Of a stretch of 64,000 bases of DNA, positions 27,254 to 38,660 are shown one piece after another. The DNA is from Octopus sinensis. Taxonomy: Eukaryota. The position numbers and the translations under genes are program-made. Numbering within the stretch: position 1 is the stretch's first letter; the number at the start of each line of letters is the position of its first letter. The notes beneath the pieces were generated by a model. It searched no databases. It was not told the origin of the DNA and saw only the letters and a list, made by a program, of their open reading frames with translations. The stretch is taken from the NCBI RefSeq assembly GCF_006345805.1, contig NC_043005.1, positions 56,668,001 to 56,732,000 of the forward strand, given 5' to 3'.

Positions 27254-27492
27254 ATAGACGAAAAAAATAAATAAATAAAAAGGTATCAGCGGTAGATCGG
27301 GGCTTGTGGGATCGGAGCGTAACTTGATCATCACTTCATTTGTATTGTTTCTGTACTGTGTATTCCATTCGATTTTTATGTATTGTATTTTATTTTTGAA
27401 GTCACATTTATGTAAAAACATATCGATTCACTGATCCCATCAGTTGTACTGCCCATATCTATGTTTGGCCCCCGATGGGCAATAAAGAAATT

Positions 27493-27846
27493 CGTATTTC
27501 GTCTGCCGTTACGTAGAGTTCAAATTCCGCCGAGGTCGAGGCAGAAACGTTAGCACGCTGGGCGAAATGCATAGCCGTATTTCGTCTGCTGATACGTTCT
27601 GAGTTCAAATTCCGCCGAGGTCGAGGCAGAAACGTTAGCATGCCGGGCGAAATGCGGAGCCGTATTTCGTCTGCCGATACGTTCTGAGTTCAAATTCCGC
27701 CGAGGTTGACTTTGCCTTTCATCTTTTCATGGTCGATTAAATAAGTACCAGTTACGCACTGGGGTCGATATAATCGACTTAATCCGTTTGTCTGTCCTTG
27801 TTTGTCCTCTCTGTGTTTAGCCCCTTGTGGGTAGTAAAGAAATAGA
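27493..27846 (+). mobile_element. 3' part of the split SINE, with two extra tandem ~84-bp tRNA-head units
   Basis: The head remainder is followed by GGCAGAAACGTTAGC...GAGGTCGA twice, then the core and the Tx1-like tail. Confidence 0.9.
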
Positions 27847-27934
27847 TTTAAAAAATAATTTTTTGTAACTACTCTGTAGGCCAGTCGAAAAGGAAAGTGT
27901 AAATTGTACACAAATTAGAGTGGCCGGCTTCACA

Positions 27935-28150
27935 GAACACAAATTTGTGACCAATACAGGTGACCTGACAGGAACCCAGTTACTAGAAGTGAACGAGTCG
28001 CTCTTAGTGCGACAAGGTTCAAGAGACAGATTAGCGAATTAGATAAACAGGTTTCAGCGGAGGCAATCGTTAACAACAAATGGTAGTTCACTCTAAAAAG
28101 AGTGATTACAAAGGAATCAACTACGAGTAGCAAAATAGTAGCGATAAAGA
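27935..28150 (+). pseudogene. Old Tx1 ORF2 fragment (APE-RT linker)
   Basis: Degenerate HKFVT...ISELDKQVSAEAIVNNKW*FTLKRVI, which matches TIINNKWWYALKRAI in copy B. Confidence 0.65.
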
Positions 28151-28260
28151 AAATAGGGGAATGTAGGTCTGAAATTCTCTGACGTGATGACCACATTTTT
28201 CAGACCTACATTCTCCAAGTTACCCATCTCCAAGTCACCGTCTCTATGCCTACAATTACT

Positions 28261-28484
28261 TATTTCTTTACTACCCACAAGGGGCTAAACACAGAGAGCA
28301 TAGACAAACGGATTAAGTCGATGATATCGACCCCCGTGCGAAACTGGTACTTTATTTATCGACCCCGAAAGGATGAAAGGCAAAGTCGACCTCGGCGGAA
28401 TTTGAACTTAGAATGTAGCGGCAGACGAAATACCGCTAAGTATTTCGCCCGGTGTGCTAACGTTTCTGCCAGCTCGCCGCCTTA
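28261..28484 (-). mobile_element. tRNA-derived SINE monomer (Tx1-tailed family)
   Basis: Same head, core and tail; 17-bp TSD CTATGCCTACAATTACT (28244-28260 and 28485-28501). Confidence 0.92.
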
Positions 28485-28657
28485 CTATGCCTACAATTAC
28501 TCTCACCCCATTATCAGGAATAGTAGGAGTGTGTTATAAAGGGCAGTAGCGAAGACATACAGAGACAGAGAAAGAAAAAGAGAGACAAAGAGATTTAGGG
28601 AGAGCTGATGTTTTATTAAAAGTAGTAGGGCTGATGGTGGCAGTGAAAGTAATAATA

Positions 28658-29393
28658 AAAGAGAAAGAAAATGTAGGTGTGCGCCCATTCTAAAAGAGGT
28701 CACCAGTAGCTACGGTAAACAAATAACAGTGCAAATCGAAAATAAATCCTCCCCCTCCCCCCGATAGGGCCGCTTTTAAGCTAACTGTTTATCGTGTATG
28801 ATTATCAATATAATAATCATTCACACATTATACTTTAAGTAGAGGAGGAGTAAAAGTGAGAGAGGGAGGGATGTGATGAGAGAAGAAAGTGCGAAGTAGA
28901 GAAAGATAAGGCTAAATGGATCAAGTGGTTGGTTGATCTGAGATTCATTGTATTTCTTTTTTTTTTCAGCCTTGAATGATTTCCTGAATTCCTGTGACCT
29001 AATATGCGAACCGGCAGTTTTTGCCGTCCTCACCATGCTAACATTTGCCCCGCAGGTAGAATTTACAGGTTCTTCGGTGCCTTCCAGATTTCTTCTTTCC
29101 TGGAGTGTACTGGGTGGCATTGGATCCTCCATGGGGTCTCTGCTGTTTGTGTGGTGGGTTGGGGTTTCAGCTTTGGTTGTTTTGCCTTTTCCTCCTTTTA
29201 CCTCCTTGAATATACACACACACACACTCATATAAAGAGAAAGAAAAAGTAGGTGTGCGCCCATTCTAAAAGAGATCACCAGTAGCTACGGTAAACAAAT
29301 AACATTGCAAATCGAAAAGAAATCCTCCCCCTCACCCCGATAGGGCGGCTTTTAAGCTAACTGTTTATCATGTATGATTATCAATATAATAAT
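28658..29393. repeat. ~160-bp direct repeats (28658-28817 and 29234-29393) flanking a ~415-bp spacer
   Basis: Near-identical AAAGAGAAAGAAAA..AGGTGTGCGCCCATTCTAAAAGAG...GATTATCAATATAATAAT; no TG...CA ends. Confidence 0.85.
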
Positions 29394-29719
29394 ATATGTG
29401 TTTCTTTTTTTTTTTTCTTAGAGAAAATCATGCTGTTGTTAATATACAAATTTACTGCGTTTTCTGTATGACAGGGAAATACACACACACACGCACACAT
29501 ACACACATACTGACAGAAATAAACACACACACACAAGCACAGAAACACACACACACACACACACAGAAACACACACATACACGTACACACGCACGCACGC
29601 ACAAATACGCATGCGCGCGCAAATAACAAAAGAATTGTATATCTTTCGATTATGACATTACCTATGTATGTATCTTTCACTCTCCCTCACTTTCTTCCTC
29701 TCCCTTTTTATTTACCTTT

Positions 29720-29764
<45 letters not shown>

Positions 29765-30023
29765 TCACACACATGCACGTGCTATTTCTCTCTCAACATT
29801 TTCTCAAAACTTTTCTTAAAACAGAAATCCGCTTTTCTTTCAAGCCTACATCTTATCTTAACATTTTATCTCATAACCTCATTGATCTCTCATGGCTTTC
29901 AAGGTAAGGGCGTTCACTTCTTCTTTGTCCGTTTATAGAGAATTAATATTTTATTGTATGGCATTACTACAGATGTATACCCCATCTTCCAACAAATCTT
30001 TACATACATCAATCTACAGGATC

Positions 30024-30107
30024 TAAGCGATTATTTATTGAAAGTTTCGTTAAATAGTATCCATTTTAGATTACCTTTTAACGAAATTTTCAGCAAATAA
30101 TCGCTTA
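30024..30107. repeat. Short inverted repeat (mini-MITE-like hairpin), followed by a hAT-like 5' end (CAGTGGTTCCCAA at 30111)
   Basis: TAAGCGATTATTT...TTTCGTTAAA / TTTAACGAAA...AAATAATCGCTTA. Confidence 0.6.
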
Positions 30108-31025
30108 AATCAGTGGTTCCCAATCGATTTTTGGCCGTGCCCCATCCAATCATTTCTGATGCCCCTTGTGATATTTAATTTTTGTAATTCAAAATTCGGT
30201 TAATGCTTACCCGTAAACATAATAAAGAAAACATAATGCAACGGATGTAAGAAAAAAATGTGTAGGAAACGAGTATGAAAAAAAAAATGCGCAGAAAGCA
30301 ACGGGGGCGGGGACTTCGGAAAATTCACAAAATCCGAGTTTTTCCTCATAACTTTTAGGAAAACGGTATTTCTTTAGATGAAATTTTATATAAGTACTGT
30401 TCAACCGGCATAGATTACGATTATAAAGAATTTTATGGAAAGATCTTTTCCGAGGTGTGGGGAGAGGACTTCGGAAAATTCACAAAATCCGTGTTTTTCG
30501 CCATAACTTGGTGACAGATTATCGTGGATATCGGGTATAAATCCAAATTTTGAATATTCCTCTGAATATTGACGAACCTTTTTTTACTTGCACTACTCAT
30601 TTTATGTATTTTTGAATTGGCATAACTACAGATTTCTGCCCCACGGACTTGGATGATCATAACTTTCAGAAAAATGGATATTTTAAATTAAATTGTCTAC
30701 GAAAATGTGTTATGTAGTGTAGATTCCGAATATATCATATTTGGGGGGAGGAGGGTTTAGGGTGGGTTTGGTGTGGGGAATTTCGGAAAATTCACCGGAG
30801 TCCACTTCAATTCGTCTTAACTTTCGAGAATATGGATATTTTTAATGAAATAGTCTGCAAATATACCTCGGATTATGTAGATTCCGAGGACATAGGAATT
30901 TGGGGGGAAAACAATTGGGGGCTATTTTGAGAAATATTCCCCACTTGCGGGTGTTTCTGAACAAGTCGTCCATATTTGTCTTATTTTCTGATTTGTGCGT
31001 TTGTGCATCCGTAGATTTCTACCAT

Positions 31026-31042
31026 ACACACACACACACACA

Positions 31043-31082
<40 letters not shown>

Positions 31083-31122
31083 TACATACATACATACATA
31101 CATACATACATACATACATACA

Positions 31123-31158
<36 letters not shown>

Positions 31159-31290
31159 TATATGTATATATATATATGTATATATATATATGTATATATA
31201 TATATGTATATATATATATGTATATATATATATGTGTATATATATATGTGTATATATATATGTGTATATATATATGTATATATATATATG

Positions 31291-31345
<55 letters not shown>

Positions 31346-31372
31346 GTATATATATAGAATATATATATATAT
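31026..31372. repeat. (CA)n-(TACA)n-(TA)n compound microsatellite
   Basis: Directly visible. Confidence 0.95.
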
Positions 31373-31399
31373 GGGTGTGTGTGATTGTGTATAGAAGAA

Positions 31400-34100
31400 T
31401 ATATTAATAAAAAGAATTCCAACCTTGTCTGATTTTCACGTTTTATTTACAATCTTATAATGATATATTATAAGATAATATATTATAATTGAATAAAATA
31501 AAATGAAATAGTAGAATGTTAAATATTCATTCTGATTGAACTAGTACTTTCATGCATTGAATTCTGCAATCTTCGGGTTCATGTAGTAGTGTTGACAGTC
31601 ATGCTTCACAATTTTTGACTGTAGCAAGATGATTGATTCTGTGCTATAAATACAGCTGGGTAGGCTCCAGAGTGCTAGGTTTTGCAAACTGTATTCTGAC
31701 CAATCAGTGTGTAGTATCACTCAATTACTTAAGCTGATTGGTTGGTTGAGCTGATTGGTTTAGGCGTCACGCTTTGTTGGACATGTCAAGAGTCCTGTAT
31801 CTTGACCCTGGCCGAAGCAGCAATTGTTGGGTTATTTTAGAAATGTTGTAAATATCCTTTGTCAGAGATTTTTATATTTTTATATTTCAATTGTCATCAT
31901 CATCATTGTCAGCACCTTAATTATTGTTGCTAGTGGTGATGGTTATGGCAATAGAACTTTTAACCCTAAATAAGATAATTTTCCTGCTATCTTCGTCTTG
32001 ATCACCTTTAGTATTGTTGTTGTTGTTAGTGGTCATGGTCGTAGCAGTGGAAGTAATACCTCTAAGTATTATTATTATTATTATTGCTTATTTAGCTTGG
32101 GTTCGAATTTATCAATAAAATTCTTTTCTCTGATTTTCCTCTCGATTTCACTTGGGCTGTGTAATTTGTAGAATGGAAATATTATATATATTTTCCGACC
32201 ACATGTTGCTAGGTGGTTACTCAAAGGTATCTGACGGACCTCTGGGTCTCTAATCTGTTGCCGGTGTACACGTGAGCGTTCTAATAGTGCGTTTCCCGTC
32301 TGACCTACATATATTTCTTCACAATTTGGGCATTTGATGCAGTAAATTAAATTTCTGCTTTTGCAGTTCATATTCGCGTTTGTGAATATTTTCCCGGTTT
32401 TTGTGTTTATATATTGACCGGTATGTATGAATTGGCATGTGCCACATCGGCTATCATTGCATTTAGATACCGTGAATGTTTGGTCTTTGTTGCTGAGGTC
32501 AAATTTTGCCTTTGTTAGTAATGTTTTCAAGTTTTTAGGCTGTCTTTTACTAAGCACCATAGCTCGATCCGTGATTATGTCTTTTAATTCATTACTTTGG
32601 GCAATGATTGGTAGGTTTGCTTTGGCAATGTTGAAGATATTCTGGTGACATGGGTTGTGTGTCACTATGAATGGTATGACTTGTTCTTGTTTTCCTCTTC
32701 CTTGGGTTGTCCTAAGTTGTTGTATAGGTATTTTTATAGCCCGCTGTATGCATTTTCTATAAGTAGAGATGGGTATTTTTGTTTGAGCAAAAATTCTCTT
32801 AGTTCTATTAGGCGTTTGTTCCTGATATTTGCATCTTCTACAATAGTACAAATTCTTCTGGCTAGGCAGTATGGGATGTTACGTTTTGTATGTGGTGGAT
32901 GGCACGATTTAAAATTTAGGTATTGATGTGTGTCTGTGTGTTTATAGTATATATCTGTGGTGATGGTGGTGTCTTTTTTAATTACCATTATATCCAGGAA
33001 TGGTAATTTGGTACTACTCATCTCCTTTGTAAATTGGAGAGATGGGTGTAGGTTGTTCAGGAGGATATTGAACTCTTCCAGAGTATTTAGAGATTCTGTC
33101 CAGATTATGAAACAGTCGTCTAGGTATCTCTTCCATGCCTTTTCAATATACTTTCTAAACCCAGTGCCATAGTTTACCTCCACCTCTTGGTAGAGTTGTT
33201 CTTCTAAGTATCCCATTACAGAGTTGGCGTAAACGGGAGCAAACCTCGTTCCCATCGCCGTGCCTCTAATTTGGGTGTAATTCTTTCCATTGAAGAAGAA
33301 TGTGTTATTTTCTAGAATAAGCTTGACTGTGTCTAATATAAAAGGCACTGTGAATCTGCTGGGAATCACTTCTCTATGTTTTTCTAACCAGTATTTAATC
33401 GCCTTTATTCCTAAATCGTGTGGAATATTGGTGTAGAGGCTTACCACATCAAAACTTAGTAAAACTGAATTTGTTTCTGTTGTTTTGGGAAGATGGGACA
33501 GGAAGTCGATGTCATCCCTGATGAAACTTGGTATGTAAGTACATAGTGGTTTCAAAACAATGTCAATAAAATTGCTTAGACGGTGTGTAGGGCATGCTGG
33601 ACCAGCTATAATAGGTCTAAGTTTTAGGTCTTTTGGATGTAATAATTTTATGTACTCACTTTCTTGTTCTTTTACTGCCTGTTGAATGTTTTTTGATTGT
33701 GTATTTTTGGTAAGCCGTAGAAGTTGCTGGGTTTTGGTTCAAAATTGGTGATGTAGTCTTTTTCATTATCCGTAAGTGAGTTGTGGTGTGTTGAAATCAG
33801 GTTGTTGATCTTTTTCATGATGTGATGGTCTATATTTGCGGGTATTTCACAATAGAAGGTTGTATCCTTCAGTTGGTCTTCAACCAAATCCTTATAGTAT
33901 TCGGTATCCATAATAACAATTGCACCACCTTTATCTGCTTGTTTTTATTATTGTTTGATCGTTTTGTATACGTTTACATGCAGACATCTCTGATTTGCTA
34001 ATGTTTGGCCTAACATTGGTATTGCGTCTAAGGGGAAATTTAGACAGGATATCAATGTATTGGTCAAGGTAGTTATTTCTTCTTTTGGTGGGGTGAAATT
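31400..34100 (-). mobile_element. 5'-truncated Penelope-like element (RT + GIY-YIG endonuclease, Neptune-like), copy 1
   Basis: RT motifs FYGLPKIH, SFDVVSLYTNIP, GTAMGT, RYLDDCF, LPFLD; Cys linker CNDSRCGTC; GIY-YIG NLIYCIKCPNCEEIYVGQT. Frameshifted. The 3' non-coding region carries a hammerhead. Confidence 0.92.
31537..31581 (-). ncRNA. Minimal type I hammerhead ribozyme (PLE pLTR), U4C variant
   Basis: UGAAC-CCGAAGA-U-UGCA-GAAUUCAA-UGCA-U-GAAA-GUAC-UA-GUUCA. Stem I is 5 bp, stem II is 4 bp, and a palindromic GUAC replaces stem III. Confidence 0.8.
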
Positions 34101-34113
34101 TGATTTATTCCTG

Positions 34114-34146
<33 letters not shown>

Positions 34147-34148
34147 GT

Positions 34149-34190
<42 letters not shown>

Positions 34191-34258
34191 ACCTCGTGTG
34201 TACCGTTGCCGACTTTTTTTCCTCTGTCTTCCCTTCTCTGGATCTTTCCTCCTCCTAT

Positions 34259-34291
34259 GTTCCGACGAAGAGCACGCTCGAAACGTTAAAC
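34259..34291 (+). ncRNA. Degenerate minimal hammerhead-like motif in a short pLTR-like repeat (~34190-34385)
   Basis: GUU-CCGACGA-A-GAGC-AC-GCUC-GAAA-CGU-UA-AAC. Stem I is only 3 bp; AACGUU palindrome. Confidence 0.5.
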
Positions 34292-34412
34292 CCTTCTTCT
34301 TTCCTGAGCGTCCAATAATACTATATTTGTTCCACGTCCTCGCGTTGTTGTGTGTTTTTTTTGTGCTTTCTTGTTTGGATTAACTATATATATATATATA
34401 TATGCACACACG

Positions 34413-34444
<32 letters not shown>

Positions 34445-34569
34445 TATCTGTAATTAAAAAAGTTCAAATGGGGGATTATTTCATTCAATATTATGTTTAT
34501 TATAGAGATTATGTAAAAAAAAATTATACTTTACACTTCTATATTTTACTGTGCGTGTATATTCCTTAT

Positions 34570-35030
34570 TTTTGCTTCTGGTGTCACGATGCCAGCGTTT
34601 TACAAGGTCATATGATGGGGCATCATCACCATAAGTTACTTCATTTCATCAAAAGTCTCCCGTGGTGTGCGTCCTTTCAAATACAAAAACCGGATCACTG
34701 CTCGTCACTCAACAGGCTCCATTTCACACTTGACTCGGTTCAAACACCTGTAAATCGGAAACCACAGGTGTCTTTTGCATTTCTATTAGAAACGTTTGCC
34801 TGGGAATTTACTTAAAGCGAAGAAACATCGTATGCAACAGATAAGTCGTCTTAATAACATATTTCTTGTCGCCAGATCAGAAGCACAGGCGTATGGCTAT
34901 GAACTCCTCCCCATCCCCCTACTTTCCTGACCTTGCACCCTCTGATTTTCACCTCTTCCCAATCATGAAGTTGTTTTTGAAAGGAAAGCGTTTCCCAGAT
35001 GATGCAGCCTTGATTTCTGAAGTCACGTTG
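34570..35030. pseudogene. Mariner transposase fragments in both orientations
   Basis: Plus strand: PYFPDLAPSDFHLFPIMKLFLKGKRF (YSPDL motif). Minus strand near 34580-34640: TYGDDAPSYDLVKRWHR (HTH region). Confidence 0.7.
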
Positions 35031-35387
35031 TGCCAAGTTTCGTTGCTCTACTGCTATGGGAAGTGGGTCAGGGGCATTACTTATTGAATTCCCCTCGTAT
35101 CTCTCTCTTTCACACATTACTCTCTCTGTCTCTTCACACACACTAACAGAAGCACTTCACTTACACAACATACTTTCTGTCTCCCACACCCCACCAAACA
35201 CACGCACACACACACACATGTACATCAATGCTTCCCATGCACGGTAACTTTAAAAGAACTTCCCTCGTCATACAATCGCTTTCTCTTAGTCCCTTTTTGG
35301 TGAATTCACAAACTGACTTGTGGAAATAAAATGACCTGTTAATTTTTATCTGTTCATATATATACGTGTCTACCATAAATCAATCAA

Positions 35388-35448
<61 letters not shown>

Positions 35449-35457
35449 CTCTCTCTG

Positions 35458-35492
<35 letters not shown>

Positions 35493-35869
35493 CTCTCTAC
35501 TTCTTTCTCTTCTTTCCTGACGCTACTCCTTATTTCCACTCCATTTCAACCCATTTCACACCATTCATCCCTCATTGTCGCCAGAGATATAATAGTCTTA
35601 TACACACACACACACACACACACACACATAAACGGTTTATTTCTCCAGAGGGAATTAAGGTGCATTGCTTTCAGTACTGACCAGTTCTATACTACATATG
35701 CGCACACACACACACACATACAAACTCCACACACACACACAAACACCACACACACACATACGCGTTTGTAATTACCTACATGTTTTCACATACCACTAAA
35801 TCGAAGGAAATTATCTACTTACTCTCTAGTGACATCAGATGTTATGAATAAGATAAAATTGTCCACAGA

Positions 35870-36590
35870 AGGGATGTGTGAGTTGTACAAGCCATGTACA
35901 GGGATGTTGTCAGTAAGATGAGGGTTGGCAACGAGTATAGTCAAGAGTTTTGGGTAGAAGTAGAAGTTCACCAAGGATCAGTGCTCAGCTCCCTCTTATT
36001 CATCATAGTCAACTAGGCAATAACAGAGGAATTCAAGACAGGCTACCCCAGGGAGCACCTCTATGCTGATGACCTTGCTCTAATAGCTGAGTCACTACTA
36101 GAACTAGAGAAATTTTAAACGTAGAAGCAAGGTCTAGAATCAAAGGGCTTTAGAGTCAACCTAGCAAAAACCAAAGTCTTAGTAAGTAGACAAATCACAA
36201 ATCTCTTCAGGTAGATGGCCCTGCTTGATCTGCAGAAAAGGCGAAGGTAGAAACTCCATAAGATGTACCTGGTGTAAGCTATGGGTACATAAGAGGCGCA
36301 GCAATGTCAGAGGAAGGTTAACTGTGACAGATGCATATGTGCAATAAACACCGAAGATGTACAGAAAACAGATTCCATCATATGCCAAGGGAAAAGTTAG
36401 AAGTAGTTGATAGCTTCCGTTACCTAGGTGATCAAGTCAGTAGCGGAGGTGGATGCTCTGAGAGTATAGCTGCTAGAATAACAGCCTGAGCAAAATTCAG
36501 AGAGCTTCTATTACTGCTGATAAGAAAGGGCCTCTCGCTCAGAGTGAAAGGTGGATTGTGTGATGCCTGTGTGCGAACAGTCATGCAGTG
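35870..36590 (+). pseudogene. RTE-clade LINE reverse transcriptase fragment with an embedded PHD-like Cys/His module
   Basis: VHQGSVLSSLLFIIV, LYADDLALIAES, FRVNLAKTKVL, then WPCLICRKGEGRNSIRCTWCKLWVHK, then LEVVDSFRYLGD; contains stops. Confidence 0.85.
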
Positions 36591-37335
36591 TCGGGCAATA
36601 TGCCGTTCTTGTGAAGGCCTGTTGAACCAAGTGAAATCGTAGTTGAGGCTGATGCCAGTGCTACCTGACTGGCGCCCGTGCCAGTGGCATGTAAAATACA
36701 TTTGAGCGTGACTGATGCCAGTGCTGACTTAGTGGCACCCTTACCGCTACGCACTCGGATGATCGGCGTTAGGAAGGGCATCGTGCTGTAGAAACCTTAC
36801 CAAATTAGATTGGAGTTTGGTGCAACCTCCCGACTTGCCAGTCCTCCGTCAAACCATCTAACCAATGCCAGCATGGAAAGCGGACGTTAAACGGTGATGA
36901 TGATGATGATGATACATACAAATATATACATATATACGACTACGCTCAAAATGTGTTTCTACGTGTTACCTGCACGGGAGAAGGGCGTATACAGAATTAG
37001 TATCATATAAACATGTACATACATGTTTAGGTGTGTATACATTTCGTGAAAGCAATTCTGTATACGCCCTGCTCCCGTGCAGGTAACACGTAGAAACACA
37101 TTTTGAGCGTAGTCATTGCCAGAACCGCCTGACTGGTCTTTGTGTCGGTAGCACGTAAAAGCATCCACTACCCTCTCGAAGTGGTTGGCGTTAGGAAGGG
37201 CATCGAGCTGTAGAAACTTTGCCAGATCAGACTGGAGCCTGGTGCAGTCTTCTGGCTCGCCAGTCCTCAGTCAAACCGTCCAAACCATGCTAGCATGGAA
37301 AACGGGCCTTAAACGACGACGATGATGATGATGAT
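36590..37335 (+). mobile_element. Two RTE-type 3' tails / RTE-tailed SINEs ending in (GAT)n
   Basis: GGCGTTAGGAAGGGCATC...GCATGGAAAGCGGACGTTAAAC(GAT)n. Related copies lie at ~41890-42110 (-), 59045-59230 (+) and 63400-64000 (+). Confidence 0.75.
36938..37114. mobile_element. MITE with ~60-bp terminal inverted repeats
   Basis: GACTACGCTCAAAATGTGTTTCTACGTGTTACCTGCACGGGAG... and its reverse complement ending at 37114. Confidence 0.85.
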
Positions 37336-37338
37336 GGC

Positions 37339-37397
<59 letters not shown>

Positions 37398-37508
37398 TCA
37401 CACTGGGAGAGGGAGCCTATAAAATTAGATAGACAGACAGTTATAGGTCGTAACACACACATTAACAAACTTACACAGGTAATCATGATTTTAAAATGGT
37501 GCATAGTA

Positions 37509-37604
<96 letters not shown>

Positions 37605-37612
37605 TGTATATA

Positions 37613-37643
<31 letters not shown>

Positions 37644-38254
37644 ATGTATGTATGTGTGTGTGTATGTATATATATGTATGTATGTGCGTGTGTGAGTGAG
37701 TGTTTCTTTGCGATAGATGCAGAGAATACACCTGCCCCTTCTCTCCTTAAAGCTATGTATTTCTCACACCCACTTTTCTTTCCCTTCCTTAGCGTTTTAA
37801 AAGTTGATTATTTGTATGTGTGTGTTTGTAGTGTGTGCGTATGTGTGTGTGTTTGTTTGTATGTACCTATGCATCTACGGAAGTATGTATGCAGCGCTAC
37901 GTGCTTACCTGTGAATGACAGCTGTATTAACGTTTTTTCCTCCCACTGCCACTCCATATTTGTTGCTTACACAACACTATTCTTCCCTTCTCTGATATCA
38001 GCCACACTCACTATGCTACCACATTTTCCTCACATTAATACTCTTCGACCCTTCTCATTTTATCAAATAGTACCCCAACCCCACTAGGGAGCCCATTATA
38101 GATTTTTATTGAAATCCAATTAGCCTATAATTGAACTGGGTGTTAGTTTAACATGTATGCAAAGTTTTGTCAACATTGGTTTACTGGTGTAGACAGCGAG
38201 ATGATAACAGACGGATCGCCAGATAAAAATTGCCATTTATGTATAAGATATATA

Positions 38255-38660
38255 GGTGCAAGAGTGACTGTGTGGTAAGAGGTTTGCTTCCCAACCACAT
38301 GGTTCCGGATTCAATCCTATTGCATGGCACCGTGGGCAAGTGTCTTCTACTATAGCTTTGGGCCCACCAAAGCCTTATGAGTGGATTTGGTAGACAGAAA
38401 CTGAAAGAAGCCTGTCATATATATATGTATATATCTATCTATGTATGTATGTGTCTGTGTTTGTCCCTCCATCACCACTTGACAACCGGTGTTGATGTTT
38501 TGGTTTTATGTCCCCCGTAACTTAGCAGTTCGGCAAAAGAAACCAATAGAGTAAGTACCAAGCTTAACAAGTAAGTTCTGGGGTCGATTCATTCGACTAA
38601 AAATTCAATGCGATGCCCCAGCATGGCCACAATTTAATGATTGAAGCAAGTAAAAGATAC
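38255..38660 (+). mobile_element. tRNA-derived SINE (second family) with an internal microsatellite
   Basis: A-box-like TGACTGTGTGGTAAG and B-box-like GATTCAATCC, followed by TGGCACCGTGGGCAAGTGTCTT. A partial minus-strand copy lies at ~47635-47730. Confidence 0.75.

Larger units (their letters stand above)
22190..27492 (+). mobile_element. Apparently full-length Tx1-clade non-LTR retrotransposon, copy B, inserted in a SINE
   Basis: ORF1 + ORF2, flanked by a perfect 15-bp TSD CGTATTTCGTCTGCC (22175-22189 and 27493-27507). The 3' end is GGCCCCCGATGGGCAATAAAGAAATT. Confidence 0.95.

Noticed and set aside
27508-27710. CRISPR-like array in the tandem SINE heads (also the 63660-63870 subrepeats)
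   Set aside because: There are no unique spacers and no cas genes, and the context is eukaryotic.
28658-28817. Ribozyme in the 160-bp direct repeat
   Set aside because: No hammerhead, HDV or twister core was found on either strand by eye.
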